Source of the DNA: Pseudoalteromonas translucida KMM 520 | GTDB lineage: Bacteria > Pseudomonadota > Gammaproteobacteria > Enterobacterales > Alteromonadaceae | Reading direction: 5' to 3' | Length of the DNA: 32,000 bases | NCBI RefSeq assembly: GCF_001465295.1 | Contig: NZ_CP011035.1 | Span: forward strand, 690,001-722,000 | In this document: positions 26,351 to 32,000 of the stretch, in pieces | How positions within the stretch are numbered: the stretch's first letter is position 1 | How the letters are laid out: each line of letters opens with the position of its first letter | The notes under the pieces: model-generated | What the model saw: the letters and a program-made list of their open reading frames with translations, nothing else | Told to the model about the DNA's origin: nothing | The model's database searches: none | Program-made: the position numbers and the translations under genes

Positions 26351-26377
26351 ACACTTCTTACACAACACTCCTTACAC
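26351..26377 (+). repeat. Tandem 13-mers ACACTTCTTACAC / ACACTCCTTACAC inside a 50-nt G-free tract (26329-26378)
   Basis: Read directly. The units are 12/13 identical and separated by 1 nt. A third degenerate copy, ACACTCACTCCTCTTA, lies just upstream. Confidence 0.6.
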
Positions 26378-26566
26378 TGCACCCTTAGGCAGGCTATTTA
26401 TTAACGCTGTCATAAAAGCGACTTCTTTACGCAACATGCTTGTCATTTTTCATCTATACACTTTCGCTCATTGAAAAAAGTTAGTTTTTAATTGTTTGTA
26501 TCAAATATTTAAAACTAACAAAAACAAACTAGCAAATCTGCTAACTAACGAGTAAAGGTGTATGCG

Positions 26567-27319
26567 ATGAAAGGCGTTAAACCATTAATTATAGCTGGTA
26601 TTGTGGCCGCAAGTGCCGCGGTACACGCAAACGATTTAAATAAGGTTATTGATAAAAGCAGTGAAATTACTAAATCGGCTGCGCAATCACAAACAAAAAT
26701 AGACAAAATTGCAGATTCAATGCAAGGACGTCTGCAACAGTTTAAAACCCTTAATAAAGAAATTGATGGTTTAGCTGTGTATAACGCTCAGCTTACAAAA
26801 CAGTTAAATAACCAAATTGCAGAAATGCAATCGATGAACCTCTCTATGGATCAGGTTTCAATTATTGAGCGTCAAATTACGCCATTAATGATGCGTATGA
26901 TCACCGGCCTTGAACAGTTTGTATTACTCGATGTGCCATTTTTAAAAGACGAACGTGAAAAGCGTTTAACCTCTTTAAAAGCCATGATGGAACGTGCCGA
27001 TATTACCTCTAGCGAAAAGTTCCGCCGCGTACTCGAAGCCTACCAAGTAGAAGTTGATTATGGCCGCACTATTGAAGCCTACAGCGCACTGCTTGAGGTA
27101 GATGGTAAAGAGCGCGAAGTCGATTTTTTACGCATTGGTCGCTTAGAGCTCATTTACTTAACCCGCGATAGTAAATTAGCTGGTAGCTGGGATACACAAA
27201 CAAAAACGTTTGCAGCACTTCCAGACTCAACCATTAGCCAAATTAATAAAGGTTTACGCATTGCGCGTAAGCAACTTGCCCCAGATATGTTAACTCTGCC
27301 AGTTCACGCTGCACGATAA
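26567..27319 (+). CDS. ttpB: DUF3450 periplasmic coiled-coil protein (TtpB-like component of TonB2-type systems)
   Basis: I prefer ATG 26567, with an AAAGG RBS 8 nt upstream, over the GTG at 26558 in the track. It has a signal peptide ending VHA and a coiled-coil-rich body. It is the first gene of the TonB2-type cluster. Confidence 0.8.
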   Translation: MKGVKPLIIAGIVAASAAVHANDLNKVIDKSSEITKSAAQSQTKIDKIADSMQGRLQQFKTLNKEIDGLAVYNAQLTKQLNNQIAEMQSMNLSMDQVSIIERQITPLMMRMITGLEQFVLLDVPFLKDEREKRLTSLKAMMERADITSSEKFRRVLEAYQVEVDYGRTIEAYSALLEVDGKEREVDFLRIGRLELIYLTRDSKLAGSWDTQTKTFAALPDSTISQINKGLRIARKQLAPDMLTLPVHAAR

Positions 27320-27329
27320 GAGGTCGAAA

Positions 27330-28697
27330 ATGAAATTGTTTACTCAAATGACAAAAATGGCCGTACTTGCTGCAAGTATAAGTTTTACATGCGCAAGTGT
27401 AGCAGCAGAGCCAATGGATTTAGATTCATTACTTAAAAACCTTGAACAAGGTAAATCTGCGCAAAGTGTGCAAAATACTCAGCGTGAACAACAATTTACT
27501 GCGCGTCAAAACGAGCAAGTACAAATACTAAAAGACACGCAAGCAAAACGTAGCCAAATGCTTAGTGAATCAGACCGTTTAGAAACACAGTTTGAAGAAA
27601 ACGAAATTAAACTGGCTAATTTAACCGATACTCTATCAAAGCGTATGGGATCACTTAAAGAATTGTTTGGTGTGTTGCAACAAGTGGCAGGCGATTCAAG
27701 CAATAAGTTTGCTACCTCTGTGGTATCGGCAGAAATACCTGGTCGAAGTGTTTTTATGGACGATCTGGCACAAAAAATGGGATCTACTTCACAACTTGCT
27801 TCAATCGAAGATATTGAAAAAGTGTGGTATGAGCTACAACGTGAAATGACTGAGCAAGGCAAAGTGAGCCGCTTTAATACTCAGGTTATTATTGAAGGTG
27901 GTAACAAAGCAGAGCAAGAAGTTGTGCGAGTTGGTGCTTTTAACCTTATTTCCAACGGTAAGTATTTAGAATACAGCCCAAGCACAAATACGCTAAGTGA
28001 GCTTACGCGCCAGCCGGTATCGCGCTATACATCAACCGCAGGCGATTTACAGCAGGCTAAAAACGGTATTGTGCAGTTTGCACTAGACCCAACTGGTGGC
28101 TCAATTTTAGGTTTACTAGTACAAGCCCCAGATACCGCTGAGCAAGTACACCAAGGCGGCGCTGTGGGTTACGTTATTTTAGGTGTGGGTTTATTAGCAC
28201 TGTTAATTGCAATTGAGCGTTTTGTATCTTTATTGCTAGTGGGCGGCAAAATTCGCCGTCAGCTCAAAGACACGGTTGCTCGCGACGACAATCCACTTGG
28301 CCGTGTTATGAAAGTAAAAGACGACTACCCAAATGTAGCCTACGACACCCTAGAGCTTAAATTAAGCGAAGCTATACTGCGCGAAATGCCAAAAATAACC
28401 CGTAATTTAACCCTGATAAAAATTATTTCAGTAGTGGCTCCGCTGCTTGGTTTACTTGGTACAGTTACCGGTATGATCAATACCTTCCAAGCCATTACCT
28501 TGTTTGGCACCGGGGATCCTAAGCTCATGGCAGGCGGTATTTCTCAAGCGCTTGTAACAACAGTACTTGGCTTGGTTGTGGCAATACCCACAGTATTTAT
28601 TTACACCATACTCAACACCCGAGCAAAAAGCTTACTGCTTATTTTACAAGAGCAAAGCGCGGGCATTATTGCAAAACGAAGTGAAAAAGGAGCATAA
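27330..28697 (+). CDS. ttpC: Long MotA/TolQ/ExbB-family proton channel protein (TtpC-like)
   Basis: 455 aa. A signal/anchor and a periplasmic extension of about 270 aa precede a C-terminal ExbB-type module (APLLGLLGTVTGMINTFQAI, GGISQALVTTVLGL). Confidence 0.88.
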   Translation: MKLFTQMTKMAVLAASISFTCASVAAEPMDLDSLLKNLEQGKSAQSVQNTQREQQFTARQNEQVQILKDTQAKRSQMLSESDRLETQFEENEIKLANLTDTLSKRMGSLKELFGVLQQVAGDSSNKFATSVVSAEIPGRSVFMDDLAQKMGSTSQLASIEDIEKVWYELQREMTEQGKVSRFNTQVIIEGGNKAEQEVVRVGAFNLISNGKYLEYSPSTNTLSELTRQPVSRYTSTAGDLQQAKNGIVQFALDPTGGSILGLLVQAPDTAEQVHQGGAVGYVILGVGLLALLIAIERFVSLLLVGGKIRRQLKDTVARDDNPLGRVMKVKDDYPNVAYDTLELKLSEAILREMPKITRNLTLIKIISVVAPLLGLLGTVTGMINTFQAITLFGTGDPKLMAGGISQALVTTVLGLVVAIPTVFIYTILNTRAKSLLLILQEQSAGIIAKRSEKGA

Positions 28698-28700
28698 ACC

Positions 28701-29228
28701 ATGGTGCTATTGATTGATTCAATCAATGCTATCCGTGATTTTCTCGACACTGGTGGCCAAGTTCTCTTGGTCATTGGGGTGTTAATCTTCGCGATGTGGT
28801 TATTGATACTCGAGCGATTTATTTACTTTTTTAATGGTTTTCGTGGTTACAAAAAAGCCATCAAAAACAGTTGGCTTGCCCGCAGCGAGCGTAATAGCTG
28901 GAACGCAGAACAAATTCGCCAAGTGATGATCTCACGCGCCAGTATGCGCCTTAACGCTAACTTAGCACTTATTAATGTGATGGTTGCATTGTGTCCGCTA
29001 CTTGGCCTACTTGGCACAGTAACAGGAATGATTGAAGTGTTTGATGTTATGGCAATTACAGGTACAGGCAGTGCGCGCTCTATGGCGTCGGGTGTATCTA
29101 AAGCAACTATTCCAACTATGGCAGGCATGGTCGGTGCGTTATCTGGGGTATTTGCCTCAACGTACTTACAGCGCCGCGCTAAACGTGAAGTAGCGCTACT
29201 TGAAGACAGCATGGTTTTAGACCATTAA
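28701..29228 (+). CDS. exbB: ExbB/TolQ-family proton channel protein
   Basis: 175 aa. The conserved block is CPLLGLLGTVTGMIEVF...GVSKATIPTMAGMV. An AAGGAG RBS lies 8 nt upstream. Confidence 0.9.
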   Translation: MVLLIDSINAIRDFLDTGGQVLLVIGVLIFAMWLLILERFIYFFNGFRGYKKAIKNSWLARSERNSWNAEQIRQVMISRASMRLNANLALINVMVALCPLLGLLGTVTGMIEVFDVMAITGTGSARSMASGVSKATIPTMAGMVGALSGVFASTYLQRRAKREVALLEDSMVLDH

Positions 29229-29240
29229 GCAATTATTAAT

Positions 29241-29264
29241 AAGTGGCTCTACCTATAGCCACTT
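29241..29264 (+). other. Intercistronic stem-loop between exbB and exbD
   Basis: A perfect 8-bp stem, aagtggct / agccactt, with an 8-nt loop, followed by ATTTTA and then the exbD RBS AGGAGA (29270-29275). Confidence 0.55.
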
Positions 29265-29281
29265 ATTTTAGGAGAATAAAA

Positions 29282-29692
29282 ATGAGAGCCCCATTAGGAA
29301 ACCTATTTCAAGAAGACGAAGCAGAAGAAATAAACATGACCCCCATGCTAGATGTAGTATTTATCATGCTTATTTTCTTTATTGTAACCGCCTCATTCGT
29401 AAAAGAGTCGGGTATTGATGTTAACCGCCCCGAAGCCGCCACTGCAGTAAAAAAAGAACGCGCTAATATTTTGGTCGCTATTTCAGACACAGGTGAAATT
29501 TGGATTAATAAACGCCAAATAGATGTACGTGCGGTGCAGGCAAATATTGAGCGTTTAAAAGCCGAAAATCCACAAGGGAGCGTGGTTATTCAAGCTGATA
29601 AAAAGTCGACCACCGATACTTTAATTAAAGTAATGGATGCAGCGCGCGCCGCAGGTGTGTTTGATGTGTCGATTGCGGCCCAAGAAGCCTAA
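29282..29692 (+). CDS. exbD: ExbD/TolR-family biopolymer transport protein
   Basis: I prefer ATG 29282 (MRAPLGN...), which has an AGGAGA RBS. The GTG at 29243 in the track lies inside the hairpin. INMTPMLDVVFIMLIFFIV is the classic ExbD TM segment. Confidence 0.9.
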   Translation: MRAPLGNLFQEDEAEEINMTPMLDVVFIMLIFFIVTASFVKESGIDVNRPEAATAVKKERANILVAISDTGEIWINKRQIDVRAVQANIERLKAENPQGSVVIQADKKSTTDTLIKVMDAARAAGVFDVSIAAQEA

Positions 29693-29701
29693 GGGTTAGC
29701 T

Positions 29702-30307
29702 ATGCGTTATTTAATAGCATTTGTAATAGCCATTTTAGTGACCTTTATGCTGTTTTTAGGCATGCAGGCACTTATTACTGGTGGTGAGGGCGCAATGAGT
29801 GAACCTGCAAAGGGGAACGTGCTTGACTTTGTACGGCTTAAAAAAGAAGAAAGCTTACAAACAAAACAGCGCAAACCTCAAAAGCCACCCACACCTAAAG
29901 AGCCACCACCACCAATGGAGTCACCAAAAATGCAAAACAGCGATGCCAATGCAAAAGCTAATAATTTTGACTTTGCGGCCAATGTTAATGCCGAGGTGAA
30001 TTTAGCCGGTGGTTTAGCCCTTGAATCAAGTGATGGTGAATACCTGCCCATTGTAAAAGTGGCGCCAGTGTACCCAAGGCGCGCACTGTCTCGTGGGATT
30101 GAAGGCTACGTTATTGTTGAGTTTACAGTAACCAAACAAGGCACAGTTCGCGACCCGCAGGTATTAAAGGCAGAGCCTGAATCGCTATTTGACCGAGCGG
30201 CGATGGATGCAGCCCTTAAATTTAAATATAAGCCCCGCGTAGTCAATGGTGAAGCCGTTGAAGTTGCGGGAGTGCAGAACAAAATATCTTTCCAGATAAG
30301 CGGTTAA
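29702..30307 (+). CDS. tonB: Energy transducer TonB
   Basis: It has an N-terminal anchor, a Pro-rich spacer KPQKPPTPKEPPPPMESPK and a C-terminal TonB domain (YPRRALSRGIEGYVIVEFTVTKQGTVRDPQV...ALKFKYKPR). Confidence 0.92.
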   Translation: MRYLIAFVIAILVTFMLFLGMQALITGGEGAMSEPAKGNVLDFVRLKKEESLQTKQRKPQKPPTPKEPPPPMESPKMQNSDANAKANNFDFAANVNAEVNLAGGLALESSDGEYLPIVKVAPVYPRRALSRGIEGYVIVEFTVTKQGTVRDPQVLKAEPESLFDRAAMDAALKFKYKPRVVNGEAVEVAGVQNKISFQISG

Positions 30308-30355
30308 TTTTTGGATTAATTAATTCAACCTATTAATGGATAGAAAAGCGAGGCG

Positions 30356-31684
30356 ATGATGAAACTACAACCAATAGCAGTTATTTTTAAATTAACACTT
30401 TTTTGCACTGCAGCAATAAGCGCAAGTATTGTAACCCCCAGTGCACTTAGTTTATTACCAGGTGTGAGTGCTTTTACGGCGCAAGCCGCAGAGCAAAAAA
30501 CCAAACGAGTACCGGCCCTGCGTGAAAAAGTATATAGCCAGTTAGCGCGAGCCCAAAAGCTTGCAGACGATGGCGATGTTAAAGCAGGCCTTGAAGCGCT
30601 TGATTCCATACAAGATCGCGCATCAAGCATGAACTCCTACGAAATTGCGATGATGCATAACTTTTATGGCTTTATTTATTACAACGAAAACGACTTACCC
30701 AAAGCAATAGCCGCGTTTGAAAAAGTAGTCGCAGAGGAAGGTATTCCAGAAACATTACGTTTAAGCACTACGTTTAGTTTGGCTCAATTGGCAATGGCTA
30801 ACAGTGACTACAGCAAAGTAATTACGTTTTTAGATCAATGGGATGCAATTAATACAAAAGACAAGCCAGAGAGCTACTATGTGTTAAGAGCGCAAACTTA
30901 TTATCAGCTAAAAGACTACCAGCAAGGCCTTAACTACATAACACAAGCTATTACACTAAGTGACAGCGAAGGCAAAGTACCAAAAGAGAACTGGCTAGTA
31001 TTACAGCGTGCTATGTACTACTCACTTAATCAAACTGATAAAGTAGTAAAGGTACTAGAGCGCATGGTAAAGCTGTATAACAAACCAGAATACTGGGTGC
31101 AGTTAGCAGGTATGTATGGCGAAACAGGTCAAGAAAAACAACAACTCGCAATTATTGAAGCGGCATATCAGCAAGGCTTTTTAACCTCCAAGTCAGATTT
31201 ACGCCAATTAGCACAGGTGTATTTATACAATGGCTTGGCTTATAAAGCAGCCATAGTGATGAGTAAAGCAATTGAGGCAGGGATAGCTGAGCAAACCGCT
31301 AAAAACTATGCCTTTGTAGCCGAAGCTATGATCCAAGCTAAAGAAGATGCGCAGTCGATTAAATACTTTGTAAAAGCGGCGCAGTTATCAAGCAGCGGTA
31401 ACTACGATCAGCGCTTAGCACAAGTGTATATTAATACAGAGCAATATGAAGAGGCTGCCGACTCTGCGCGTAAAGCACTTGATAAAGGCAATCTTGATTT
31501 TGAATCAAACGCATTTGTGGCCTTGGGCATGGCGCAGTTTAATTTACAAAACTTTGATGCCTCTATTTTAGCGTTTGAACAAGCGCAAATACATAAAAAA
31601 TCGCAGCGTTTAGCCAAGCAATGGATTAAATATGTAAAGCGCGAAAAAATACATGCTGAAACCCTAAAAACAGCGCTACTTTAA
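30356..31684 (+). CDS. ttpD: Tetratricopeptide-repeat protein (TtpD-like, last gene of the TonB2-type cluster)
   Basis: 442 aa with a signal peptide and repeated TPR-like helical pairs (YNFYGFIYYNENDLPKAIAAFEKV etc.). The start may be the second ATG at 30359. Confidence 0.8.
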   Translation: MMKLQPIAVIFKLTLFCTAAISASIVTPSALSLLPGVSAFTAQAAEQKTKRVPALREKVYSQLARAQKLADDGDVKAGLEALDSIQDRASSMNSYEIAMMHNFYGFIYYNENDLPKAIAAFEKVVAEEGIPETLRLSTTFSLAQLAMANSDYSKVITFLDQWDAINTKDKPESYYVLRAQTYYQLKDYQQGLNYITQAITLSDSEGKVPKENWLVLQRAMYYSLNQTDKVVKVLERMVKLYNKPEYWVQLAGMYGETGQEKQQLAIIEAAYQQGFLTSKSDLRQLAQVYLYNGLAYKAAIVMSKAIEAGIAEQTAKNYAFVAEAMIQAKEDAQSIKYFVKAAQLSSSGNYDQRLAQVYINTEQYEEAADSARKALDKGNLDFESNAFVALGMAQFNLQNFDASILAFEQAQIHKKSQRLAKQWIKYVKREKIHAETLKTALL

Positions 31685-31749
31685 TGTTTTTACTGCTGCG
31701 CTAGGTGCTAAATAAATAGCGTATAAAAACAGTTTATAATCGCAACGCC

Positions 31750-31786
31750 AAACCGCGCTAATATTAATTTAGTGCGGTTTTTTTTA
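31750..31786 (+). terminator. Rho-independent terminator of the TonB2-type operon
   Basis: The stem aaaccgcgcta / tagtgcggttt has 11 pairs including one G-U. It is followed by TTTTTTTT. Confidence 0.85.
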
Positions 31787-32000
31787 TTTCTGTAAAGTTA
31801 ACCATTTGAATATGCTTATTTATTATTGTCACATAGTGTTTATTAAAATGTAACGGCACTGTCATATCTCTCCCGTATTGTACTCCTATTCGATAACTCA
31901 AGTGACCTTAATGCATGAGTATCGTGCCTTAAAGTGACTTAAGTTATTACTTAATGCGCTAACAAAATAATTAAATACTTTAACGGAGTGAACAATGAAA

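Noticed and set aside
27506-29212. Long antisense ORFs inside ttpC and exbB (27506..27862, 118 aa; 28847..29212, 121 aa). Others lie elsewhere: 6666..7028, 15590..15874, 19574..19873, 20962..21246, 24987..25232, 25722..26000, 30325..30630.
   Set aside because: All lie fully inside, and antisense or out of frame to, genes with strong family signatures. Their compositions are low-complexity (Ser/Ala/Cys/Pro-rich), typical of shadow frames, and no RBS was noted.
29799-29999. A 66-aa His/Lys-rich ORF in an alternative frame within tonB.
   Set aside because: It is a frame-shifted reading of the Pro-rich (CCA/CCT/AAA) spacer of TonB. It is an expected artefact of the repetitive codons.
31805-31845. 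A possible Fur box in aatatgcttatttattattgtcac, upstream of the gene starting at 31995.
   Set aside because: The best ungapped match to the 15-nt Fur core was only about 8/15 by hand. That cannot be distinguished from AT-rich background.
31995-32000. An ATGAAA with a GGAG RBS 6 nt upstream at the very right edge. It is probably the start of another CDS.
   Set aside because: Only two codons are visible, so neither the product nor even the coding status can be supported.
1-32000. I looked for CRISPR repeats, transposase or integrase genes, tRNA/rRNA genes, toxin-antitoxin pairs and known defense-system architectures. I checked in particular whether the MotA/ExbB-like genes could be Zorya-type.
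   Set aside because: I found no regularly spaced direct repeats, no recombinase-like ORFs and no nuclease, helicase or methylase modules. The MotA/ExbB-like genes sit in a canonical ExbD-TonB context. This identifies a TonB2 energy-transduction cluster rather than a defense system.

Overview
AT-rich gammaproteobacterial chromosomal segment. Gene content and codon style look like a marine Alteromonadales or Pseudoalteromonas-type genome; that assignment is inference, since no search was possible. I support 29 protein-coding genes, one of them open at the left edge. I saw no rRNA, tRNA, CRISPR array, transposase, integrase, or recognisable defense genes. Layout: (a) 1-10919 is a carbohydrate-type locus. 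It holds a tight minus-strand operon (GMC flavoprotein, DUF1080, MFS, TIM-barrel isomerase-like, Gfo/Idh/MocA), a PAS-AraC regulator, an overlapping cutC and GlcNAc-kinase-like pair, and a large TonB-dependent receptor. (b) 11143-14375 is housekeeping: minCDE, ycgL and a lytic transglycosylase. (c) 14433-22282 holds a gbsR-like/adhP pair, a TonB-dependent receptor with a Fur box, and a secreted amidohydrolase next to a DUF885 lipoprotein. (d) 22376-26280 holds ycgN, a SpoU-type RNA methyltransferase, an MCP and a DsbA-like protein. (e) 26567-31684 is a six-gene TonB2-type energy-transduction cluster (DUF3450, long MotA/ExbB, ExbB, ExbD, TonB, TPR). The best lead is a 64-nt non-coding element present twice (5276-5339 minus, 7905-7968 plus). 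By my hand alignment 48 of 64 positions are identical, and each copy faces its downstream gene. It links the TonB-dependent receptor and the oxidoreductase operon into one predicted regulon. That regulon has no glycoside hydrolase and looks like a 3-keto (oxidative) glycoside uptake and cleavage system with an unknown substrate. Everything else is ordinary or already described in other bacteria. All family calls rest on motif recognition by eye and need profile searches to confirm.
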